In this document: one piece after another, positions 49,835-58,847 of the stretch
Layout: every line of letters begins with the position of its first letter
Position numbering within the stretch: the first letter of the stretch is position 1
Assembly (NCBI GenBank): GCA_963816505.1
Contig: CAWFKT010000002.1
Location: forward strand, 448,895-512,894
Reading direction: 5' to 3'
Origin: an uncultured Solirubrobacterales bacterium
Lineage (GTDB): Bacteria; Actinomycetota; Thermoleophilia; Solirubrobacterales; 70-9
DNA length: 64,000 nucleotides
Position numbers and translations under genes: made by a program
Notes under the pieces: generated by a model
The model's database searches: none
Seen by the model: the letters and a program-made list of their open reading frames with translations, nothing else
Told to the model about the DNA's origin: nothing

Positions 49835-50118
49835 CAGCGCTCTCCGACGTAGGGCAGCAGAGCGATCTCCCGCGCGCGCTTCACCGCCACCGAGAGCTGG
49901 CGCTGGTGCTTGCGGGAGAGGCCGGTGACGCGCCTGCCACGCGTCTTCCCCTTGTCGGAGAGGAAGCGTCGCAGCAGGTTGAGGTCCTTGTAGTCGACCG
50001 CCTCGGAGTTGATCCGCGTGTATTTACGCGGACGGGCGCGGTCGTCGCGACGACCGCGCGCGGGGTGCTGCTCGTGAATTCCTGAGTCGTTCGATCTCTG
50101 GCCATACGGGCTGGCCAT
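49834..50118 (-). CDS. rpsR: 30S ribosomal protein S18
   Basis: ...[50 protein letters not shown]... Confidence 0.92.
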   Translation of the reverse strand: MASPYGQRSNDSGIHEQHPARGRRDDRARPRKYTRINSEAVDYKDLNLLRRFLSDKGKTRGRRVTGLSRKHQRQLSVAVKRAREIALLPYVGER

Positions 50119-50127
50119 CCTACAGAC

Positions 50128-50598
50128 CTAGAAGGGAATGTCGTCGTCCCCGCCGCCGCCAGCCGCCGCGCCGGCGAAGTCCGAGGATCGGCGGGCACGT
50201 CGCTGCTGGGGCTGAAGCCGCCGCCCTGGCCGCCCTCGCCACCGCCGCCCGAGCCGTCGCGCGAGCCGAGGAACTGGACCGAGTTGGCGATGATCTCGAC
50301 GTTCTGGCGTTTGACGCGCCGTCTTTTGCTCCCACTCGCGCCAGTCGAGCCGGCCCTCGACCGCGACCGGGCGGCCCTTGGAGAGGTAGTTGGCGCAGTT
50401 CTCGCCCTGTGCACCCCAGACGATGACGTCGAAGTAGTTGGGCTTGTCGACCCATTCGCCCGTCTGACCGTTCTTGCGGCGGCTGTTGACCGCCACGCGC
50501 AGCTTGCAGACCGAGGTTCCGCCCGGCGTGCTGCGCAGCTCGGGATCGCGGGTCAGGTTTCCGGTCACGACCACCACGTTCACGTTCGACGCTGCCAC
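50128..50598 (-). pseudogene. ssb: Single-stranded DNA-binding protein, two apparent frameshifts (near 50318 and 50190)
   Basis: GTG 50598 with GGAGGAG upstream. ...NVNVVVVTGNLTRDPELRSTPGGTSVCKLRVAVNSRR...NYFDVIVWGAQGENCANYLSKGRPVAVEGRLDWREWE | ...KRQNVEIIANSVQFLGSRDGSGGGGEGG... | ...GGGGDDDIPF* (canonical acidic tip). Confidence 0.85.
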
Positions 50599-50746
50599 AG
50601 CTCTCAACTCCTCCGAATCGTTGTCTGGATTCCAGTCTAAGAGTGCAGCCGGCGAAACTCTCCCCCCCGGCCCCGCAATCTCCGCACAAATACGGGCCGA
50701 TTGGCCGATTCCCGACGATACGGGCCGGTTATCGGCCCGTCGGCGG

Positions 50747-51223
50747 CTACTCGGCCGGAGCGGCGGGCGGCGCCTCGACGACGCTCTCCGCGGGTGCCTC
50801 GGCCGCCGCGGGAGCGGCATCCTCGTCCTCGGCGGCTACCGCGACCGGGGGTGGGCCCTGGGGCCCGCGATCGCGCGAGGCGCCGTGCGCGGGGGCGGCA
50901 ACGGCGGGCGGCACCATCACCGGCGCCTCGGAGTCGACTTTGAAGATGCGGAAGCGCAGCACGCCGTCGGCGATCTTGAGGTTGTGGTTGAGCTCGTCGA
51001 GCAGCTCCGACCGGCGCCTCGAAACGAAACCAGCGGTAGTCGGCCTCGTTGCGCGAGCTCGATCTCGTAGGCCATCTTGCGCAGGCCCCATTTGTTCTCG
51101 TGCTTCAGCGTCCCGTTGGCCTCGATCCGGCCGCGCACGTCCTGTGCGAGCACGTCGCGCACCGGCCTCGTCGGGGCCGGGGTCCAGCATCAGGACCAAC
51201 TCGTATTCGCGTGGGGCTGCCAA
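50747..51223 (-). pseudogene. rpsF: 30S ribosomal protein S6, about three apparent frameshifts (near 51170, 51048, 51012)
   Basis: TTG 51223. AAPREYELVLMLDPGPDEA | RDVLAQDVRGRIEANGTLKHENKWGLRKMAYEIELAQ | EADYRWFRFEAP | SELLDELNHNLKIADGVLRFRIFKVD..., plus an Ala/Pro/Glu-rich tail. First gene of rpsF-ssb-rpsR-rplI. Confidence 0.82.
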
Positions 51224-51257
51224 AGACGGCGAGGGACTATAGCGGCAGGGGGCGGCG

Positions 51258-51357
51258 GTCGGGTACCCCTTCCCGCTCAACTTTTTGGATGGGTGCGTAT
51301 GGCGACGCCTCAAGGTGGACGCCCAAAAAGTACAAGCCGCGGGAAGGGGTACCCGAC
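51258..51357 (+). repeat. Palindromic element G (core-bearing family, forward orientation)
   Basis: Arms GTCGGGTACCCCTTCCCGC (51258-51276) and the exact reverse complement (51339-51357), 19/19 bp. The interior TCAACTTTTTGGATG...GCCCAAAAAGTACAAGCC is nearly identical to element A. Confidence 0.9.
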
Positions 51358-51438
51358 AGCTCGCTCTCAGTGGGGCGCGAACACCGCTGATCCGTCTTCG
51401 GGAGCGGCCGGCGCGGAGACGACCGGTGGGGGAGCTTC

Positions 51439-51782
51439 TTACGTTGGGGGTGGTGCCGGCGTAGGCGTGGATGCGGCTGGTTCTGGAGCTTTGGGAGGGG
51501 GCGGAGGGGTTGGGACGTAGTGCTCGTGCTTGTGGCGGCTGGTGCTCGTGATGAATCGGCTTCGGTTGCGGACGAGGTCGCTTGGGTTTGGGTGCGATGA
51601 CCTTGACGGGCGCTGCATTCACTTTCGGCAGGCCGACGTCGGCGGGTATTGGTGGCGGCGCGGGGGGCTTGAAGCAGGCTTGGTGCTACGCGCAGGGCAA
51701 GGAGCACGGCGGCTATGGCGAGGAGGGCTAGGCCGGCTTGGCGACCAGCGACATCCGCAGAAGTTTCCCACACCGTCGTCAC
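51439..51782 (-). pseudogene. Possible small membrane-anchored Pro/His-rich protein (frame appears broken; low confidence)
   Basis: From GTG 51782: VTTVWETSADVAGRQAGLALLAIAAVLLAL (TM). Pro-rich segments then appear in other frames (...PIPADVGLPKVNAAPVKVIAPKPKRPRPQPKPIHHEHQPP..., ...HEHYVPTPPPPPKAPEPAASTPTPAPPPT* with stop at 51441..51439). Confidence 0.25.
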
Positions 51783-51860
51783 GGCTCTGCGGCGGCTGCA
51801 GAGTTCTCCCCCGCTTTGTTGACGAAATGGGCTGGCATGGGCTCGGGGTAGTCTGGGCGC

Positions 51861-53327
51861 GTGGCTGACAGCGGCGACCCACTGATCATCGTCTCCAACC
51901 GGGGGCCGGCCCAGTTCGAGCGTGACGAGCAGGGGGAGCGCACAGTGCGGCGTGGCGGCGGCGGGCTGGTCACGGCGCTCTCCGGACTGGTCTCCCACCG
52001 CGACGCGCTCTGGATCGCCTCGGCGATGACCGACGAGGACGTCGCCGTCTCCGAGGAGCGCGGTGGGCCGGTCGAGCTTTCGATCGACGGCATCGACTAC
52101 CGCGTGCTGCTGGTCGGCAGCGACGCCGAGGCCTACGACCGCTTCTACAACGTGATCGCCAACCCGATCCTCTGGTTCATCCAGCACTACCTCTGGGACC
52201 TCTCCAACGCTCCCGACATTCGCCAGGAGGAGCTCGACGCCTGGGATTTCGGCTACCAGGCCGTCAACCGCGACATCGCCGCTGCGGTGCTGGGCCAGAT
52301 CGAGGGCCGCGAGCGACCGCTGGTAATGCTGCACGACTACCACCTCTACACGGCGCCGGCGATGATCCGCGCCGAGCGGCCGGACGCCTTCCTGCACCAC
52401 TTCGTCCACATCCCCTGGTCCCAGCCCGACAGCTGGCGCATCCTTCCCGGGCGAATCCGCGAGGCGCTCTTCCGCGGCATGCTCGCCAACGACATCATCG
52501 GCTTCCACACCGGCCACTACTGCATCAACTTCCTGCGCTGCTGCGACGAACTGCTCGAGGCCGACGTCGACTACGAGCTCGGGCTCGTCCGCCACGCGGG
52601 CGGCGAGACCCGCACCCGCGCCTACCCGCTCTCGATCGACGCCGAACGGCTGCGCCGCGCGGCGGAGTCGCCCGAGGTGGCGGCGGCCGAGCGCGAGGTG
52701 CTGGAGCGCCGCCGCAAGCACCTGATCATCCGCGTCGACCGCGCCGACCTCTCCAAGAACGTGCTGCGCGGCTTCACTGCCTTCGACGTCTTCCTCACCC
52801 AGCACCCCGAGTTCCGCGAACAGGTCACCTTCATCGCCCACCTGCAGCCCTCGCGCCAGGACGTCCCCGAGTACGTCGAGTACCTGGAGCGGATCGAAGC
52901 CCTGGTCGCGGTCGTCAACCACCGCCACGGCAGCACCGACTGGATGCCGATCGACCTGAAGATCTACGAGAACTTCCCCGAGGCGGTCGCCCGCTACAAG
53001 CACTTCGACCTGCTGATGGTCAACTCGCTCTTCGACGGGATGAACCTGGTCGCCAAGGAGGCGCCGGCGGTCAACACCCGCGACGGCGTGCTGATGCTCT
53101 CCGAGAACACCGGCTCCCACGAGGAGCTCGCCGACTCCGCTCTCTCGGTCAACCCCTTCGACATCCAGGAGCAGGCCGAGGCGATCTACCGGGCGCTGAC
53201 GATGGACCCCGAGGAGCGCCGGCTGCGCGCCCAGCACCTCAAGGAGCTGGTCTTCTCGCGCAACCCCGGCGACTGGGTCGACGACCAGCTCAAAGACATC
53301 GCCGAGCTGCGTGAGGCGGTCCGCTAG
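51861..53327 (+). CDS. otsA: Trehalose-6-phosphate synthase (GT20)
   Basis: ...LIIVSNRGPAQFERDEQG...GGGLVTAL..., ...YNVIANPILWFIQHYLWD..., ...VMLHDYHLY..., ...IIGFHT..., ...LMVNSLFDGMNLVAKE... Confidence 0.9.
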   Translation: MADSGDPLIIVSNRGPAQFERDEQGERTVRRGGGGLVTALSGLVSHRDALWIASAMTDEDVAVSEERGGPVELSIDGIDYRVLLVGSDAEAYDRFYNVIANPILWFIQHYLWDLSNAPDIRQEELDAWDFGYQAVNRDIAAAVLGQIEGRERPLVMLHDYHLYTAPAMIRAERPDAFLHHFVHIPWSQPDSWRILPGRIREALFRGMLANDIIGFHTGHYCINFLRCCDELLEADVDYELGLVRHAGGETRTRAYPLSIDAERLRRAAESPEVAAAEREVLERRRKHLIIRVDRADLSKNVLRGFTAFDVFLTQHPEFREQVTFIAHLQPSRQDVPEYVEYLERIEALVAVVNHRHGSTDWMPIDLKIYENFPEAVARYKHFDLLMVNSLFDGMNLVAKEAPAVNTRDGVLMLSENTGSHEELADSALSVNPFDIQEQAEAIYRALTMDPEERRLRAQHLKELVFSRNPGDWVDDQLKDIAELREAVR

Positions 53328-53334
53328 CGCCGCT

Positions 53335-54576
53335 CTAGGTATCGAGCTTGGCGAGCAGCTCGACCCAGTCGCGCAGCAGGCGCGGCGAGAGGAACTCCTT
53401 GCGGGCGTGTTCCTTGCCGGCCCGCCCGAGGCGCTTGCCCAGCTCCGGGTCGGCGAGGATCTCCAGACAGCGCTGGGCGCACTGCTCGGGCGAGTCGACC
53501 AGGTAGCCGCTCTCGCCGTCGTCGATCTGCAGCGGGATGCCGCCGACGTTGCCGCCGATCGTCGGTCGCCCCTTCCAGAGCGCCTCGGTGACGGTCAGGC
53601 CGAAGCCCTCGCGGATCGACTTCTGAATGCAGACGTCGGATTGGGACTGGAAGGCGTTGACCTCGATCGCGCCGACGTTGTTGAGGTTGTTGAGGATCTT
53701 GATGTCGTCGTCGCCTTCGGCGTACTCGAAGGTGTGCTGGAAGAACTCCCAGCCCTCCGGGTCGTCGGTGGCCATCGAGCCGACCAGGGCGAGCTGCACC
53801 TCGGGCACCTGCTCGTGGACGATCCGGTAGGCGTCGATCACGCCCATCGGGTCCTTCCAGGGGTCAAAGCGCGAGACCTGGGTCAGCAGCGGCCGGTCGA
53901 CGTCGATGCCGAACTGGCGGGCGACGAAGGCGGCGTCGTCGGGCGAGAAGGCCATGTTCTTCGGCGAGAGCGGGTCGATCGCCGGCGGGATGATGTTGAC
54001 CCCGTCCTTGCCGTGGTCGACCCCCTCGGGGACGTAGGCCGGCATGTGCCAGACCGTCGCGTCGTATTCCTCGATCATCGGCAGCAGGCGGGCGATCGGC
54101 GCCGGGTTGGGCTCGGAGAGGTCGATGTGGCAGCGCCAGATCCAGTTGCGGCCCTTGTCGAGGGCGCCGCGGCGCAGGCCGATCGGCTGCGGGTCGTGGA
54201 CGATCACCGTGTCCCACTCGCCCTGCAGGCCCTCGGCGTTGATCGCGTTGATCTCGTCGAAGAGCGCCCATTCGGAGTCGCTCAGCGTCTCCTCGGCCCC
54301 CTGCAGCGAGTTGTGGAGCAGCTTGGTCGCGTTGTAGAACTCCTCTTTGCCGAAGATCACGTGCCAGTGGGCGTCGAGCCCGATGTCGCGCATCAGCGGC
54401 ACGATCGTGTAGAGGATCTCCGAGACGCCGCCGCCGAACGCGGTGGCGCTGACGTGCAGGACGCGGTGCCCTTTCATCGGCTCGGCCAGCTCGCGAATCC
54501 GTTCGATCGTCTCCTTGCCGGCGATGTGGGTGTAGTCGGCGAGGGACTTCTGGCCTAGGGAGACTTCCTGAAGCAT
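53335..54576 (-). CDS. treT: Trehalose synthase TreT-like glycosyltransferase (GT4)
   Basis: ...HVSATAFGGGVSEILYTIVPLMRDIGLDAHWHVIFGKEEFYNATKLLHNSLQG... (TreT-type FxxxTKxxHNxLQG), ...SRFDPWKDP..., ...SIREGFGLTVTEALWKGRP... 413 aa. Confidence 0.78.
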   Translation of the reverse strand: MLQEVSLGQKSLADYTHIAGKETIERIRELAEPMKGHRVLHVSATAFGGGVSEILYTIVPLMRDIGLDAHWHVIFGKEEFYNATKLLHNSLQGAEETLSDSEWALFDEINAINAEGLQGEWDTVIVHDPQPIGLRRGALDKGRNWIWRCHIDLSEPNPAPIARLLPMIEEYDATVWHMPAYVPEGVDHGKDGVNIIPPAIDPLSPKNMAFSPDDAAFVARQFGIDVDRPLLTQVSRFDPWKDPMGVIDAYRIVHEQVPEVQLALVGSMATDDPEGWEFFQHTFEYAEGDDDIKILNNLNNVGAIEVNAFQSQSDVCIQKSIREGFGLTVTEALWKGRPTIGGNVGGIPLQIDDGESGYLVDSPEQCAQRCLEILADPELGKRLGRAGKEHARKEFLSPRLLRDWVELLAKLDT

Positions 54577-54624
54577 CCGGGAGTTCTACAGGCCCGGCCG
54601 GTCAGGCGACGGGCGGGGCGCCGG

Positions 54625-55770
54625 TCAGCCGCCGGGGCGCTTGCCCAGGGTGACTTCGACTTCCTTGCGCTTGCCGTCGCGGAGGATTTCCAGCGTCACC
54701 ACGTCGCCCGGCTGATAGGCGGAGATGTAGCGGGCCAGGTCGTCGGGGCCGACGACCTTGTGGCCTTCGACCGCGAGGATTACGTCGCCGCCGGTGCTGT
54801 AGCGGGCGGCCTGGAAGCGCAGGTTGCCGTCGCCGCCCTTGAGGCCCGCCTTGTCCCCTGGGCCGCCGGGGACGACTTCGGCCAGCAGGCCGCCGTAGTC
54901 GGTGTCGAGCCCGAGCTTCTGCGCCAGCTGCGGGTAGAGCGGTTGCGTGCTGACGCCGATGTAGGCGTATTCGGCTTCGCCGCCGTGTTCGAGCATCGCC
55001 AGCGAGCGCTTGATCGCCGAGACCGGGACCGCGAAGCCGACGCCGGAGTTGGAGCCGGAGCTGGTCTCGATCTGCTCGTTGATGCCGAGCACCCTCGCGT
55101 CGGCGTCGAGCAATGGACCGCCCGAGTTGCCGGGGTTGATCGAGGCGTCGGTCTGGATCGCCCCCTCGATCTGGAATTTGGTCAGCGATTCGACCGAGCG
55201 GTCGATCGCCGAGATGACGCCGACCGAGAGCGAGTGGACCTCGCCGAAGGGGCTGCCGATCGCGGCGACGGGTTGGCCGACGACGATGCTGTGGTCGTCG
55301 CCGAGCGCCAGCGGGTGCAGCGCGAAGCCGTCGGGCTTGACCTCGAGCAGGGCGACGTCGGCGAAGGGGTCGAAGCCGACGATTTCGGCGGAGACGACGT
55401 TGCGGTCGGGGAATTCGACGAAGACTTCCTTGGCGGGCTTGCGGCTGTCGCCCGATTCGTCGGTGACGACGTGGGCGTTGGTGACGATGTGGCCCTTGGT
55501 GTCGAGCACGAAGCCCGAGCCCTCCGCCGCCCCGCCGCCGCTGCCGAAGACCGAGCGGATCGTCACCACTCCCGGCGAGGCTTCGCGGTAGACCTTGGCC
55601 GCGTCGAAGCCGTGTTCTGCCGTCTCGACGATCACCTTCGGCGCCGGCGCGGCAGCGCCGCTCGTCGTCGCGGCGGGCGCCGAGGCCGAGTTGTCGTTGC
55701 CGCCCGAGCCGCCGCAGCCGGCCAGGGCCAGTGCCACGGTCGCGGTCGCCCAGAGGGCCCGGCGTTTCAT
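54625..55770 (-). CDS. htrA: HtrA/DegP-family serine protease with PDZ domain (lipoprotein-type signal)
   Basis: Lipobox ALALAGC. Catalytic regions ...GHIVTNAHVV..., ...DVALL..., ...NPGNSGGPLLD... C-terminal PDZ (...GGPGDKAGLKGGD...). The ATG overlaps the kinase stop. Confidence 0.9.
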   Translation of the reverse strand: MKRRALWATATVALALAGCGGSGGNDNSASAPAATTSGAAAPAPKVIVETAEHGFDAAKVYREASPGVVTIRSVFGSGGGAAEGSGFVLDTKGHIVTNAHVVTDESGDSRKPAKEVFVEFPDRNVVSAEIVGFDPFADVALLEVKPDGFALHPLALGDDHSIVVGQPVAAIGSPFGEVHSLSVGVISAIDRSVESLTKFQIEGAIQTDASINPGNSGGPLLDADARVLGINEQIETSSGSNSGVGFAVPVSAIKRSLAMLEHGGEAEYAYIGVSTQPLYPQLAQKLGLDTDYGGLLAEVVPGGPGDKAGLKGGDGNLRFQAARYSTGGDVILAVEGHKVVGPDDLARYISAYQPGDVVTLEILRDGKRKEVEVTLGKRPGG

Positions 55771-56837
55771 GCGGCTGCCCTGGGCGGCAGCGCCGCGGCC
55801 GGCTTTGCCGCCTCCGCCCGCGCACGCGGCAGGTCGAGGGTGAAGGCGGTGAAGCGCTTGCTCGAGGCGATCGCGACCCGGCCGTCCATGCGCTGCGCCA
55901 GCTCGCGCGCGATCGCCAGCCCCAGCCCCGAGCCCCCCGCCGAGTCGCCGGTGTAGAAGCGCTCGAAGATGCGGCTCTGGGCGCGGCGCGGGACGCCGGG
56001 GCCGTCGTCGGAGACGGTCAGCTCGGCGCGGCGGTTGACGGAGTAGGTGGTCACGGTTACCTTCGTGCCTTCGGGCGTGTGGGTGAGGGCGTTGTCGAGC
56101 AGGATACGGATCACCTGGCGCACGCGGTCGGCGTCGGCGTCGGCGATCACCGGCTGATCGGGGGTGCGCAGCTCCAGCCGCGAGCCGTGATGGTCGGCGC
56201 GCGGCCCGAACTCGCGGGTCACTTCACGGGCGAGGGAGCCGAGGTCGACGCTGCTGTTCTTCATCGCGACGGCGCCGGCGTCGAGCTGGGAGAGGTCGAG
56301 CAGGTCGGCGGTGAGCTTGGTCAGGCGCTCGATCTGTTCGCGCATCGTGTGCACGAACTCGGCCCGCTCCTCGGGGCTTGGGTCCTCTTCCTCGAGCAGC
56401 TCGACGAAGCCGCCGAGGCTGAAGATCGGCGTGCGCAGCTCGTGTGAGGCGTTGGCGATGAACTGCTTGCGGGCGCTGTCGAGCTCGGCCAGGCGCCGCT
56501 GCATTTCGTTGAAGGTCCGCGCCAGCGGGCGTAGCTGGCCGGCGGAGGTGACCGGGATCGGGGTTTCGAAGTTGCCGTCGGCGACCTTGCGCGCGGCGTC
56601 CTGCAGGTGGCGGACGTTTCGCACCGCCAGCCGGGCGTAGTAGAGGCCGGCGACGCCGGTGGCGAAGACGGCGATCGCGCCGCCGATCAGGATCTGCTCT
56701 TTGACCGCCCCGAGGCCGCTGGCGGCGCCGCCGATCGCGACCGTGTAGACGTAGATCAAGAGCGCCGTGCCAGTGGCGATCCCTACCGAGATCACGACGA
56801 TCCGGTTTCCCAGCGGGGTGAGCCCCTTGCGCAGCAT
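55767..56837 (-). CDS. Sensor histidine kinase (HAMP-HisKA-HATPase)
   Basis: Two TM helices plus HAMP, H-box ...ANASHELRTP..., N/G boxes ...LLDNALTHTP..., ...DDGPGVP..., ...GGSGLGLAIAREL... Confidence 0.9.
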   Translation of the reverse strand: MLRKGLTPLGNRIVVISVGIATGTALLIYVYTVAIGGAASGLGAVKEQILIGGAIAVFATGVAGLYYARLAVRNVRHLQDAARKVADGNFETPIPVTSAGQLRPLARTFNEMQRRLAELDSARKQFIANASHELRTPIFSLGGFVELLEEEDPSPEERAEFVHTMREQIERLTKLTADLLDLSQLDAGAVAMKNSSVDLGSLAREVTREFGPRADHHGSRLELRTPDQPVIADADADRVRQVIRILLDNALTHTPEGTKVTVTTYSVNRRAELTVSDDGPGVPRRAQSRIFERFYTGDSAGGSGLGLAIARELAQRMDGRVAIASSKRFTAFTLDLPRARAEAAKPAAALPPRAAA

Positions 56838-57533
<696 letters not shown>

Positions 57534-57612
57534 GAAAAGAAAGGGTATCTCCGCCGCTCTTGGACAGATGTGCGAGTACCAAGTACTAAGGTTCTAGAGT
57601 ACGGAGACCGAT

Positions 57613-57801
57613 ATGAGGCGCAGGATGCAACCACGACAGTTGAAGAGCCTGGTGGACACCGGCCACTACAAGCCCGAGCCCTCGCTCGTCGCCGCCGCGA
57701 TGCTGCAGCGCCGCAGCGTGCGGGAGCTGCTCGCCGGCGAGAGCCTCATGCGAGCTGGTCGTACCCCCCCGGCTCCAGAAGCCGGCCGCCGGGCAGCCTG
57801 A
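57613..57801 (+). CDS. Small protein with FlgM-like C-terminal motif (tentative)
   Basis: GGAGA 5 nt before the ATG. ...QLKSLVDTGHYKPEPSLVAAAMLQR... resembles the anti-sigma-28 FlgM C-terminal helix pattern. The 3' end overlaps convergent thiL by about 55 nt. Confidence 0.35.
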   Translation: MRRRMQPRQLKSLVDTGHYKPEPSLVAAAMLQRRSVRELLAGESLMRAGRTPPAPEAGRRAA

Positions 57802-58753
57802 TCTCGACCCCGCTGCCGGCGACGGCCTCGCCGATTCGGGTCAGCGCTATCCCTTCCGCGTCCTGCACGGCCCGCTCCGCCTCCGCGAGGCGCTCCGCCG
57901 GGATGCTCGCCAGCAGCTCGTAGTCCTCGCCACCGCCAAGCAGCTGCCAGGGGTCCTCTCCCAGGGCGGTGAACAGCTCTCTGCTTCCCGGCGCCAGGGG
58001 GATCTTCTTGGCCTCGATCCGCAGGCCGAGGCCGCTGTCGGCGGCGATGTGCCGGGCGTCACCGCCAAGCCCGTCGCTGAGGTCGATCATCGCCGTCGCG
58101 CCCGTTCGCGCCAGCGCCCGCCCGGCGCCGAGCCGCGGCGCCGGTTCAAGCTGGCGCCCGCGCAACGCCGCCAGCCAATCCTCTGCTGATTGTGACTTTG
58201 ACCACGCTATGGGGGGGTCAATCCCACAGTCAGCGTCCAGCAACAGGCGCAGGCCGGCGACGGCGGCGCCGATCTCGCCGGTCAGGACGAGCGCGTCGCC
58301 GGGTTGGGCGCCGGCCCGACTGACGAAATCCTCCGGGTTGGCAGCGTGGCCGACGACCGTGATCGCGAGGAAGAGCTCGGCGGCTCGGCTGACGTCGCCG
58401 CCGGCGAGGGTCGTCCCGGTCGATGCGGCGAGGTCGAGCAGGCCGTCGAGCAGCTCGAGGCAGCCGCCCTCGTCGAGGTCGGGAGGGACGCCGAGGACGA
58501 CGTAGGCCTCGCCCGGTTCGGCGCCCATCGCCGCCAGGTCCGAGAGCGCCGCCGCGAGCGCCTTGTGGCCGATCTGCGCCGGCGTGGCCAGGTCGCGGCG
58601 GAAGTGCACGCCGTCGACCAGGGCGTCGACCGAGGTCGCGGTCGCGCCCCCGGGCAGGGTGACGGCCGCGTCGTCGCCGCTGCCAAGCCGCACCCGCGCC
58701 CCGGCCGCCGGCAGCCGCTCCCGCACCCGCGCCAGTAGCTCGAACTCGCCCAT
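57746..58753 (-). CDS. thiL: Thiamine-monophosphate kinase
   Basis: MGEFELLARVRERL...GSGDDAAV...SVDALVDGVHF...IGHKALAAALSDLAAMGAEP..., ...TLAGGDVS..., ...MIDLSDGL... 335 aa. Confidence 0.9.
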   Translation of the reverse strand: MGEFELLARVRERLPAAGARVRLGSGDDAAVTLPGGATATSVDALVDGVHFRRDLATPAQIGHKALAAALSDLAAMGAEPGEAYVVLGVPPDLDEGGCLELLDGLLDLAASTGTTLAGGDVSRAAELFLAITVVGHAANPEDFVSRAGAQPGDALVLTGEIGAAVAGLRLLLDADCGIDPPIAWSKSQSAEDWLAALRGRQLEPAPRLGAGRALARTGATAMIDLSDGLGGDARHIAADSGLGLRIEAKKIPLAPGSRELFTALGEDPWQLLGGGEDYELLASIPAERLAEAERAVQDAEGIALTRIGEAVAGSGVEIRLPGGRLLEPGGYDQLA

Positions 58754-58766
58754 CGGCCCATTGTCC

Positions 58767-58820
58767 CCGCTGACTTCGTCTTTATGCGTCCTATTGGCCT
58801 CCTAACGACGAAGTCAGCGG
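58767..58820. other. 14-bp perfect inverted repeat in the thiL / flippase-like divergent spacer
   Basis: CCGCTGACTTCGTC (58767-58780) and GACGAAGTCAGCGG (58807-58820) with a 26-nt AT-richer loop. It occupies more than half of the 94-bp spacer. Confidence 0.8.
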
Positions 58821-58847
58821 CCAGTCTCGTCACTATGGTGCCCCCAC

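Noticed and set aside
58754-58847. TPP riboswitch upstream of thiL.
   Set aside because: There are no THI-box-like conserved segments (no CUGAGA or ACCUGAUCUGGAUAAUGCCAGC-type motifs). The spacer is too short and is dominated by a simple hairpin.
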